Part shown: one piece after another, positions 33,301 to 42,646 of the stretch | Layout of the letters: each line of letters starts with the position of its first letter | How positions within the stretch are numbered: the first letter of the stretch is position 1 | NCBI GenBank assembly: GCA_965240325.2 | Contig: OZ251226.1 | Span: 2,976,001-3,040,000, forward strand | Origin: Rebecca billardiae RCC1528 | Taxonomy: Eukaryota; Protista; Haptophyta | Direction: 5' to 3' | Length of the DNA: 64,000 bases | Made by a program: the position numbers and the translations under genes | Notes under the pieces: generated by a model | Told to the model about the DNA's origin: nothing | The model's input: the letters and a program-made list of their open reading frames with translations, nothing else | The model's database searches: none

Positions 33301-34416
33301 GCCACCGCCTTCGGCTTCCCGCCCGCCGTCGCGCTCGTCCCGTCGGAGATGTTCTTCCGCGTCGGCTGGCACGTGCCGCCCGAGACACACGACGAGGACG
33401 AGGCGGACGAGGACCTGCCGCGCACGCCGAGGGCGCGGGAGCTCGCGGGGCAGCGGCCGACGCTCGAGCGGCTGCGCGCGCTGAACGCGCAGGCGTACAC
33501 CTTCTGCCCGCTGCTCGGCGAGCAGGGCCCGCCCGAGCAGCGCGAGCTGCTGCGCCAGCTGCGCGCGGAGGTGTGCATCCGCGGGGACGAGGCCATCTCC
33601 TCAACCTCGGTCGCGCGGCGCGCGCTCGGCCGGCTGCGGCGGCTGCGCTGGTTCCGCGGCGGCGGCGGCGAGGGCGGCGGCGAGGGCGGCGGCGGGCTGC
33701 TCGCGGCCGCGCGCGAGGCGCTCACCGGCGCGCACGTCGCGCCCGCCGCCCCCTCGCCCTTCTACCTCGACCCCCGGCTCCCGAACAAGCTGGTCGTGCG
33801 CCGCAGCTGGCTCGAGGCGAACGAGCTCAGGCCCGCGCGCACCTACTGGGCGTACGGCACGCGCGAGCTGCCGCCCGAGGGGGGCGCGGCGGAGGCGGGC
33901 GCGCTCGCGCAGTGGGCGCGCGACGCGCCCGCCGAGCCGTTCCCCATCTACGTCCCGGGGAGCGAGGAGGAGCTCGTGGCGCCGCCCATCGGTGCGGAGA
34001 GCGCGCCTCTCGTGTCCCTCTTCTTTGGCACAGAGGACAACTCGCCGGAGGGCGAGGCGCACGCCGAGCGCTTCGGCGGCGCGGGCGGCGCGGGCGGCGC
34101 GGGCGGGCGCGCGGTGGGCACGATCACGCGCGTCGCGCTCCCGCTCCGCGCGCGCCTCTCCGCGCTCGGCGCGTGCTGGCCGCTGCTGCTCGCGCTCGCG
34201 CTCGCGTGCGGCTGCGTCGCGCGCGCCACCGTGCTACGCAGGCGGCGCCGGCTGCGCGCCAAGGGGGACCGACCGGCGCGCGGCGGCGGCGGGCCCGCCG
34301 ACACGGACGAGATGGTCGTGCGCGACGGGCGCTCGGATCACCAGCGCGCGCAGCAGCGCCGCCAGCCGGCCTCGTCCACCGCCGCCGCGGCGACGCTCAG
34401 CCGAGTCGACGGATGA
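30313..34416 (+). CDS. Multidomain glycosyltransferase: two GT29 sialyltransferase-like domains + GT32-like domain + C-terminal TM
   Basis: Sialylmotif L twice (RTCALVSGSG...IDEHDSVYRLN...VGRRTT; HTCALVGPG...IDAHGLVIRAN...VGSRT). Sialylmotif S-like CACVSLFGF and CEDIDVYG. GT32-like PRVVH...LLRYLALWRDGGVVTD. Start uncertain (30313 or 30475). Confidence 0.78.
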   Translation: MTKKSRSSAAKPIWILEIEHAAAAGAPAPSASRVLGAPIAGTGGSPPPHARGPTMPDTRPARRPSPGGRRWRTCALVSGSGRLLEHELGPYIDEHDSVYRLNWVETAGFERHVGRRTTHRFLSNALIDAPRAQWHIPPPPRAAARLQQRVVPVADCAPFSADEPEPGSACAETKRVRARLWDQYGSLVNRSSDISFAPATARGRARALLGAAERAPSVAVYAVDALMLAPVQRARAGIREQPEPPCACVSLFGFRWPPSTGAPYSYTRVHDESEAVRFSRAASARGGFDHLAEHRLMWRLAGRRHTRTGTVVIERANGTAEEVEWAAGAADQLAGARAVCERSMPRLAFSPMPPESELLSGQGDVSARPAALDDSVCHVRTLDVLVPLAMPKERGVLEALSHERFSRLALTQASRRFHTCALVGPGAAARGFGEGRSELSGRGLGAHIDAHGLVIRANGAGAEVNAVDADVGSRTDVLVLSPAEARACLQDEKRFRPAAASVNAPAPDRVRTASVCYDEQRSRHALKVLAVSESHALATWATRHAPAMATPVAAFAGKDLSPLTGRTGVGSLLARAISTGLASVYGGGRHSWGPIEPALLHGLLLASAVCEDIDVYGVDDETSALASNATSAPEPSTQLSRGGLFRRMAATDHGLREELLHALRGGDMQLASRLEMRAFDKETTFDRAAAMAQVVRDDACHARGLRVVSDAPSAPLGTAPQLAAEDAMRTALPHQRAPDEVPEYMKVNFTKLFVKPRNERKIIEVIAAAQDIDCNAPPPLDDRELDVYLRGMVERQFAQWPGVPRVVHDVRSAGGALACSWGWTFADAVHEENTLRLDPAKGPWTLRVWQDRDAPQLLSAWPDTRMLTLYSRLRSAPDSRARLLRYLALWRDGGVVTDGSLVWVGRQYSLASLARWARQHGGFMAVYEPEAMVHAVDPRGLPEGYPASVSASILVASARHPVLSWMLLTWARCSVESERYMAQPPALREGTALVTAATAFGFPPAVALVPSEMFFRVGWHVPPETHDEDEADEDLPRTPRARELAGQRPTLERLRALNAQAYTFCPLLGEQGPPEQRELLRQLRAEVCIRGDEAISSTSVARRALGRLRRLRWFRGGGGEGGGEGGGGLLAAAREALTGAHVAPAAPSPFYLDPRLPNKLVVRRSWLEANELRPARTYWAYGTRELPPEGGAAEAGALAQWARDAPAEPFPIYVPGSEEELVAPPIGAESAPLVSLFFGTEDNSPEGEAHAERFGGAGGAGGAGGRAVGTITRVALPLRARLSALGACWPLLLALALACGCVARATVLRRRRRLRAKGDRPARGGGGPADTDEMVVRDGRSDHQRAQQRRQPASSTAAAATLSRVDG

Positions 34417-34691
34417 CAACCGGCGTGCGTCTTCGTCGCCTGGCGCGGGCGGGCTTGGCCGTTGGCGTTGGCGGCAGACTCGAATAAAAATACGCGCGCG
34501 TTCGTCGCGTAGGCTCCGTAGACTGTAGCTAGACGCGGCGGCTAATAAAACTTGGACAGCCTAGCTCATCATCAGTATTAGTATATACATACCGCGTGCT
34601 AATTGCTATATATAGTAGCAGTACTCTTCAATAGCAGTGGCGTGTAGTAGAAGGCAGGCAGAGTATCGACGCGCGAAACGGTTAACGGTAG

Positions 34692-34694
<3 letters not shown>

Positions 34695-34741
<47 letters not shown>
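34695..34741. repeat. (AG)n microsatellite
   Basis: About 20 AG units. Confidence 0.95.
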
Positions 34742-34926
34742 CTGTTGCTGCTACTCATAGCTTCGGCACGGGAGCTAGTCAGCCTGGCGCCAGGCTTCGG
34801 ATCATCATGCATCGCCAGCATGCGACGCGCCGACTTGCGAGCGGAGGGTCGATATCGGGGTCTGTCCAGCCTACAGGCTGGAAGTGGAGGGTGTCGCCTG
34901 GCGGTTCAGTGCTGGTGATGGGGACC

Positions 34927-35469
34927 TCAGTCATCCGCCGTGCTCGTTGGGAGCGCGTCGACGCCCTTGTCAATCGAGATAGTCTCGCTGATGGCGTCCA
35001 TCTTTGGTACGTACGTGGTGAAGTGCGGCGTCGCGAAGTGCGCCTCGAGGTGCGCCATGGACGCCCACTCCTCTGTGATCACGAAGCGCGTCGGCGAGTC
35101 GACCGACTTGACAAAGTTGTACTTGATGACGCCCGGCTCGCGCCACGTGTGGTGCGCGAGCTTCTCGGCCATGGCGAGCCAATCGGCCTGGTTGGCCTCG
35201 GGCACCTCCTTCGTGACGATGACATGCACAGCGCAGCCGCGTCTCTCGCCGCTGCCATGAGAAGCCGATGCGGCGGCGCGCACAGAAAGCACGCGTGACC
35301 TGGCTAGCGCGCACAAGCCCGGCCGCACGGCGAGGTGGACGCCCGCGCCCATGCACGCGGAGCGTTGAGCATGCCGCCCAGCGTGCAGAGCGGCTTGGTA
35401 GAGCCCTTGGGAGCTCAAGGCTCCCAAGGGAGCTCTGAGCAGCACCATGCTGAGTGCGACGGCCGCCAT
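34927..35469 (-). CDS. ABM (antibiotic biosynthesis monooxygenase / quinol monooxygenase-like) domain protein with targeting presequence
   Basis: TWREPGVIKY...RFVITEEWASMAHLEAHFATPHF matches the ABM pattern; hydrophobic then Arg/Ala-rich N-terminus. Confidence 0.85.
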   Translation of the reverse strand: MAAVALSMVLLRAPLGALSSQGLYQAALHAGRHAQRSACMGAGVHLAVRPGLCALARSRVLSVRAAASASHGSGERRGCAVHVIVTKEVPEANQADWLAMAEKLAHHTWREPGVIKYNFVKSVDSPTRFVITEEWASMAHLEAHFATPHFTTYVPKMDAISETISIDKGVDALPTSTADD

Positions 35470-35584
35470 CGTGCACGCACGATCAATCACAGCCTCGGTT
35501 GCCTACTGGTAAGCTCGCGCGGCACGCGGGCGGAGAAGCCGGCGGCAAGGGCTCGGCGCCACTCGCGCCGAGGCAAGGCGGGGC

Positions 35585-38500
35585 ATGGGGTTGTACACCT
35601 ACTTCCTGCTGGGCATCGCTGCGCTCCTCGTGCTGCACAACGTGCTCTACTGGCCATCGAGCACGGGCTCCGCCTCTCCGCTGCGCGCGCGCGCGCTCCC
35701 GCCAGAAACGCCCGCGCGCGAGGCGCGCTCGCTCGCCGCGGCGCACGAGGCAGATGCGGGGGCGCTCGCACGCACCCTCACGGCGGGTGCGGTCGGCAGT
35801 CCGAGCGCCGATCCGGCGGTGCCGGTCGTTCGCGCGCTCCCCGCGGGCATGCCGCCGCCGCGCATCTCGAAGGAGTGCACGCCTCGATTGCCTGAGACGC
35901 CGCTGTACCGCCCGCTGCAGCCGCTGCCGCGCCGGCTGGGCGAGTGCGGCGGCGGCGCGGCGGGCGAGCTGTGCGCGGCGGCGGCGCGCGTGGAGCGCGA
36001 CTCCACCGTCATCCTCGTGCCCATCTCCGAGGGCACCCTCGCCGAGTGGGCCGAGTTCTCGCAGGCGGCGCGCGCGGTGGGCGCCGCGCACGTTGTCGCG
36101 CTCGTCGTCGAGCCGAGCGCGGGCGAGGAGGGCGGCGCGCGCGTGGTGGCGGAGGCGCGCGCGCGCGCGAGCGTGGGCGAGGTGGTCCGCTGGAGCGCCG
36201 CGCTCGCCCCGCCCAGCGCCGCCGGGTACGCCGCCTCGCCGCCGACCGACGCGGCGCACACGCTGCTGGGCGGCGCGGCCGCGTTTGATGGCGCGCGCGT
36301 GCTGCTGAGCGCGGGCGTTCGCGTGCAGCTCGCGGACGTGGGCGTGGTGCTGCGCGCCGATCCGCTGGTGCACGCGTGGCGGGACCACGACGTCGAAGCG
36401 CACCAGCCCGCCGGCGCGGAGTACACCAAGGGCCGCGTCGTCTCCGTGATGGACGCGTCGATGGGCTGGTCGCGGTTTGCCCAGTCGCTCGCCGTGCCCC
36501 ACCTGGCGGCCGACTGGGTGGCGCTGGCGCCGACGGCGGAGGCGGTGGCGCTGGCGGCGAGGCTGAGCGCGCGGCTGCGCGGCGTGGGGCACGCCGCCGC
36601 CGCGCGCCGCGCCGACATCCCCGACGAGCGCTCGCTCGCCCTCGAGTGGGCGCTCACCGCCGAGGCGCTGACGCCTTCGCACGACGCGTGGCGCTCGGTC
36701 GGGGTGTCCGTGCGGATGCTGCCGCCGCGCTGTTACGCGCAGCTGGTCGGCGGCACGCTGGGCGGCAGGTTCAGCGGCTCGATCCCGTCGGTGGTCGCCG
36801 CCGTGCCGCCCGGCGCCGAGCGCCGCGCCGCGGTGATGGCCAGCGTGCGCGACTCGGGCACGCTGCCGCTGCTCGCGTCGCTGCCGCCCGCGCCGCGCGC
36901 GCGGGAAGACCCGAACCGGCTGCTGACGTCAGCGGTGCACGACACGACGCCCGCGGTGGTCAAGGCGCAGTGCGAGGCGGAGCTGCCGCCGGCGCGGGCG
37001 GAGACGCGCGCGCAGGCGGCGGCGGACGACGCCGCCGCCGAGGCCGCCGGCGCGCCCCGCCGCGCGCGCCCGCTCAACTACATCCTGCCCGCGAGCGCGC
37101 CGTTCCCGCCGCCGGCCGCGTGCGTGGCGCACGGGCTGCAGGAGCTGTGCGCGCTGCTGCGCACTGTGGTGGCGCCGCGGCGCGAGGCGCTGGTGGCGGT
37201 GTCGAACAAGAACATCTTCCACATGCTGCAGCTGTACATCGACGGCGTGAAGCGCGCCAAGGTCTCCAACGCCCTCGTCGTCGCGCTCGACGACGAGACG
37301 CACGCGTGGCTGAGCGAGCGCTCCTTCCCCTCCTACGTGCGCAAGGTGCAGGCGCGCGGCGGCTCCACCGACAACCACGCGACGTCGGGGCTCAAGTTCC
37401 GCATCCTGCGCGAGTTCATGCTGGTGGGCTGCTCGGTGCTGCTCTCCGACGTCGACGTCGCGTGGATGCGCGACCCCTTCCCCGCGCTGTACGGCGACGC
37501 GGACGTGGAGGGCATGACGGACGGCTTCGACGACCTCAGCTCGTACGGCGCGCCCGGGAGCGGCGTGCTCGGCGGCAGCAGCTGGCGCATCTTCGCGCGC
37601 AACTCGGGCATGTTCTACATCTCCGCGACGAACGAGTCGCTGCGCATGATGGAGCGCATGACGCACCGGATGGCACGCGCCGGCGCGCGCGCGCCGCGCC
37701 CTGCGCGCGCGCGCTCTGCGCCGGGGCCGCGCGGCTGCTGACGCGCTCTCTGCGCGCGCACCTGTCGGCACCGACCGGCCGGCCGGCCGGGGCGCCGCGC
37801 CGCGCCGCGCCGCGCAGGCGACGGAGAGCATCTGGGACCAGACGGCGTACAACGAGGAGCAGTTCTACCTGACGACGGAGACGTTCCAGGTGCGCGCGCC
37901 GGCGCCGCCGCCGCCCCGCGGGGCGCGCGGCTCGACCCTCCGCCCGGGGGCGCTCACCGCGCCGCGCACGCGGCCGCGCACCGTCCCCGCGCGCCCGCTC
38001 GCGCGCGCACGCGCGCTCCGTGCGCAGGGCCTCGGCCTGTCGCAGCGCGTGATGAACTACCTGTGCTTCCTCAACACGAAGGTGCTCTTCAAGTACGTGC
38101 GCGAGACGGCCGAGCTGTACCCCGACGCGTACACGCCGATCGGCGCGCACGTCAACTACCACCCGGAGAAGCCGCAGCGCATGGCGGACATCTTCAAGCA
38201 CTACCAGCAGGGGCAGCGCGGCGTGCTCGAGCGCTGGAACGGCGGCGAGGGGCTCAAGATCTCCAACGACTGCAAGTTCGACGGCGTGCGGCCCGACTCG
38301 TCGAAGGGGCGCGGCTCGGCGCTGCTCGCGGCGGTCCTCGCGCGCGGCAAGGGCGAGTGGGGCGGCGTGCGCTGGCTGCGCTTCGACGCGGACGGCAAGC
38401 TCGGCACGCCGTGGGGCGAGGGCACGTGGGGCGGCGCGCCCGCCGACCGGAGCGAGACGACCATCTGGTGCGACTTCTTCGGCAAGACGCGCCATCTGCT

Positions 38501-38615
38501 CCGCCTCAGTGGCACGCTGCCCGCCGACGACGCGGCGCCGATCGAGCTCACGTCGACGCGCTGCACCGACGGAGACACCGTGAAGGTGAAGGTGATGCGC
38601 GGCGAGAGCAGCTGA
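35585..38615 (+). CDS. GT77 RRA-like arabinosyltransferase with tandem GT77 domains; exons 35585-37672, 37818-37889, 38028-38615
   Basis: Type II N-terminal TM; LVVALD, NHATSGLKFRILREF, VLLSDVD, DVEGMTDGFD, NSGMFY, WDQTAYNEE, FLNTKVLFK, HVNYHPEK. The first intron is GC-AG. Degenerate N-terminal copy carries MGWSRFAQS. Confidence 0.85.
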
Positions 38616-38855
38616 CGACTAACATCATTCGATTCCAGTCGTGGCCCGCGTAAGTACTAAGTGACCCACAGTCGGCGTCGCCACGTGATGGCACGAGTTC
38701 TTGCGCGCTGACGAATAAATCGATGACTGATCGAGTGATCGGCGTCGTCGATGGTCTGACAACTGAAGAGTGAAGGCCCATTGACGCCGCTGATGACGAT
38801 GATGATCTCAGATCTGCGAGACGGTAAATACACTAGTACTAGCTTACGGTACTAC

Positions 38856-38965
38856 TACAGTTGACTAATAAGAATACAGTCGTATACAGTATCTTCAATC
38901 TCGCCTGCCTTCGGAGCTGCGTACTACTATGGAGATAGTGCGTATCTCTTATTCTTAGTACTGTA
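38856..38965. mobile_element. Short degenerate MITE carrying both ends of the 52-bp TIR family
   Basis: Left: tacagttgactaataagaata. Right: tcaatctcgcctgcct(tcg)gagctg(insertion)gtgcgt(a)tctcttattcttagtactgta. A further fragment agtaaactgtaagagacgcaca lies at about 38983-39004. Confidence 0.6.
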
Positions 38966-39054
38966 TGGGGGTAGTCGGGTAGAGTAAACTGTAAGAGACG
39001 CACAACGATGGCGGCGGCGAACGCCGCCGGCAAGTAGTCGTCATCGACCCACTC

Positions 39055-41270
39055 ATGTACGAGTCGACAGTCGTCGTGTACGGGGACGCGGAGGACGCCT
39101 CGGCGCTCGCCTCTCGCCTGGTCGCAGGCTCCGTGACGGTGCGCCGCGCGCCCTCGCGTGCGCGCGCCGCGCGAGCTCATGCGGCGTGGCGTGACCGGTC
39201 CAGCGCTCGCGCCACGAACGGCAGGTGGACATCCTCTGGGTCGGCGCGCCCGGCGAGGACGGGCCGTTCCCGCTGGGCGTGCATCCGTTGCTGCGCTGGC
39301 ATGTCCTCCCGCCCACGCCGCGCGTGCTCGAGGGCTCTGCCGCCGTGCGCGACTCGATGCGCGTGTTCTGGTGGCTGCGCTCCCGAGCTGAGCCCATCAC
39401 GTGCGCGCACTTTGTGGGCAGGGCGGCGGCCCTCGCGCACTACACGATCGTCGCGAAGCGCGCCGACATGCACTTCCAGGGCACCCTCCTCACCGTCGAC
39501 GCGCGGGGCTCCATCGCGCCTCCGCCCGAGCCGGCCGAGCCCGCCCCGAGCGCGGGCGGCGCGCTGCTGGAGGAGACGGAGGTGCGCTGCCTGCTCTCGC
39601 ACGCGGTGCGGCATGCGGACGTGTGCGTCGTGGCGTCGCAGGCGGAGCAGCGCGCGGTGCACGCCGCGGGTGTGTGCGCGCGCGAGCCCGCCGTGCTCGC
39701 CCTCGCCCTCAGCCCCGCCTCGCGTCGCCAGGCGCATCGGCCAGACCTCGCGGCCGGCGGGCGCGCCGAGCCGCCCGCCGAGCCGCTGGCGGCGCACGCG
39801 GCGCTGTGGAGGCGCGCGCACGGCCCCGACTTCGTGCGCGCGCAGCATCGGGCCGCAGAGGCCGTCGCCGGGCAGGAGCGTGCGCAGGCGCGCGCGACGT
39901 ACGCCTCCCACGCACGCGGCAGCGCCGATGGGCCCGAGCAGGTCGCATCCGCGTCGGCGTCGGGCGCGGCAGACAGCACCGGCCGCGCGGGCGGCGCGGC
40001 TGGCGCGGCGGCTGCGCCGACTGGCAGCGCGCTGCTCAGCGTGTGCATCGTCTCGCACAACCGCGGCGAGATGCTGCGGCAAGCGGTACGGTCGATCCTG
40101 CCGCAGCTCGACGCGCCCGCCGTCGCCCCGCTCGGCCTCACCCTCGGCGGCGGCGGCGGCTGGGCCGGGGCCTCTGGGGCCGAGCTGATCGTCGTGGACG
40201 ACGCGTCCACAGACGCGCCCACAATGGCGGTGCTCGCGGCGCTGGAGGCCGAGCTGGCGCACGCGGCGGCGGGGGTGCGCGGCAGGGTGGTGCGGCTGGG
40301 GGAGGGGCGGTACCTCGGCGCGGCGCGCAACGCCGCGGTGCAGCTGGCGCGCGGCGCGTGGCTCCTCTTCATGGACGACGACAACGTCGCCAAGGCGGGC
40401 ATGGTGCGCGCGTTCGTGCGCGCGGCCGTGCACTCGGGCGCCGACCTGGTCACGTGCGTCAACCACAAGTGGCACGAGCGCGCCGAGCCGCCGACGGATG
40501 CGGCGAGCGGGGGCGCGGGCTGGCCCGCGGACGAGCGCGTCGCCTCGGAGCACTTCCTGCCCGTCGGCCCGTGCGCCGAGCTCGGCGCGCACGCCAACTG
40601 CTTTGGCGACGCGCACATGCTCGTGCGCCGCGCCGCGTTTGGCGCGCTCGGCGGCTACTCGACCGACTTCGGGCTCGGGCTGGAGGACTGGGAGCTGTAC
40701 GCGCGCGCGGCGCTGCGCGCACACGCGCGCGCGGGGAGCGGCGCGCGCGTCGGCGCGCCGCGCGCGCCGCTGCACCACCTCGTCCTGCCGGAGCCGCTCT
40801 ACTGGTACCGCTCGGTGGCCGGCGGCGGCATGCTCGCCAGGCAGCACGCGGGCGCGCCCGACGCGGTGGCGCAGGCGCGGGCCGACCGGCTGCGCGCGCT
40901 GCGGCCGTACGTCGAGGACGCGTGGCTGCACCCCAGCCCGGCAGACGGGGGCACGCCCAGCCTCGAGCCGCTCCTGCTCTACTCGGAGTCACTGCGCGTG
41001 CGCGAGGGGCAGCCTGCGTGCGGACGCGCCAGCCTCGCGCGGGTGGGCGCGGGCGGTGCCGCCGCGCTGCTGGCTCTCGCGGCCGCAGCCCGCGGCTGGA
41101 GGCGGCGCCAGAGAGGGCGCACCTCCCGGCGCGCCGAGGCTGCTCGCATCCGACCAGCGTGTGTGCTCAGAGTCGTCGGCATTGGCCACGCCATCGCCCT
41201 GCGCGTGCGCGAGCTCGCGGCGGCTGGGCTCATCCCGCTGCGCCTCGCGCGCCGACAACGCGCCGAGTGA
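39055..41270 (+). CDS. GT2 glycosyltransferase with N-terminal GT-B-like region; exons 39055-39138, 39225-41270
   Basis: SVCIVSHNRG, ELIVVDDAS, YLGAARN, LLFMDDDN, GLEDWEL, EPLYWYR; an 86-bp GT-AG intron joins in frame; C-terminal hydrophobic stretch. Confidence 0.82.
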
Positions 41271-41462
41271 ATGAACGTACAAGTCTGTCTGACATCGATT
41301 GCATTTCGCGCTGCTGGCAGACGACGACGACTGCGCATGCTTTCTGACACTCTGCTGACCACTACAGTACGACGCGCGACACGAGTTAGCGTATATATAT
41401 ATATAGCAGGCTTCATAGTATGTGCCAATCGCGCGCGCGCAACGCTGACGACCGTTGGAGTC

Positions 41463-42488
41463 CTACGACTGCGACGAAGTCTCACGTCGATGATGATGTC
41501 CGTGATGATGGGAAACCGTGACGACAATCTTGCCGGCCAGGGCATTGGAGTCCATCGCGCGGTGCGCCTCCTGTATATCCTCCAGGGTGAAGCTCTTGGC
41601 TATGCTGATGGGGAGTGTCTTGGCCTCGACGCGCGCGACGAATTGCTGGAGCTGCGCCTCTGTGATGTCCATGGAGCCACCGCTGTAGCAGGTGAGCTTG
41701 ACGGCGTGAGGGATGTGCTCCATCGGCCGAAAGGCCGGAAGCTCCCAGGCGCCGCCGAGTATGCCAGTCATGCACACGATGCCCCCGGGCCTGGTCGCGC
41801 GCATGGAGTCAATGAGGGTCGTCGTCCCGACCAGCTCGAGCACGCGGTCGACACCGCCTGGAAAGATGGCGCGCACCTTGTCCGCCAAAGAGCCGCCGTC
41901 GTCGAGGAGGACGTGGTCCACGCCATTCCGCCTGAGGAGCTCCGCCTTGTGCTCGCTGCGCGTGGTGGACGCGACGGTCAGGCCCATGTCCTTGGCGAGG
42001 ATAGCCGCGGTCATGCCGATCGACGACGTGCCGCCGCGGATCAGGATACTCGCGGCGCGCTCGCACTCGAGGCCCGCGGTCAGTGATCCGTGCGTGGTCT
42101 GGAGCATCTCCGGGATGGCGCCGAGGATGGACCAGTCGAGCTTCGTCTCCAGTGCGAAGACGTGCTCCGCGGGGACCCGGGTGAATTGCGCGTAGCTGCC
42201 ATCGTACTTTCGGCCCATGCCTCCCATCATCGCGGCGACGCGTTGGCCCGGCACGAAGCGCGTGTCGGGGGCGGCCTCCACCTCACCCACGCATTCGATG
42301 CCGATGATCCTCGGGAACTGCACGGCTGCGCCCGAGTGGCCCTCCCTGGTGAAGTGCTCGGCTCGATTGAGCCCGAAGGCGTGAATCCGAATGAGGACTT
42401 GCCCGGCCGCGGGCTCGGGCCTAGGCACGTCCTTGAGTGTGAGCACCTCCGGCCCACCCGGCGTCTCGATGACGGCCGCGCGCATCAT
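41463..42488 (-). CDS. MDR-family NADPH:quinone oxidoreductase-like protein
   Basis: MRAAVIETPGGPEVL, FPRIIGIECVGEV, DGSYAQF, LIRGGTSSIG, AHRAMDSNALAGKIVV; intronless. Confidence 0.92.
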   Translation of the reverse strand: MMRAAVIETPGGPEVLTLKDVPRPEPAAGQVLIRIHAFGLNRAEHFTREGHSGAAVQFPRIIGIECVGEVEAAPDTRFVPGQRVAAMMGGMGRKYDGSYAQFTRVPAEHVFALETKLDWSILGAIPEMLQTTHGSLTAGLECERAASILIRGGTSSIGMTAAILAKDMGLTVASTTRSEHKAELLRRNGVDHVLLDDGGSLADKVRAIFPGGVDRVLELVGTTTLIDSMRATRPGGIVCMTGILGGAWELPAFRPMEHIPHAVKLTCYSGGSMDITEAQLQQFVARVEAKTLPISIAKSFTLEDIQEAHRAMDSNALAGKIVVTVSHHHGHHHRRETSSQS

Positions 42489-42646
42489 CGCCGTCGTCCG
42501 ACCGACGGCGGGTGGACGTGAGCACGAGCGGTTTTTGGCCTCAATGGATTTGCTTTTTAAAATCCGACTGGAGAGTGGAGACTGCTGGCTGCTCACAGGC
42601 TGCTGCTGCCGTGCTCAGAGTCAGGGACAGGGAGGTGATGCGGCCG

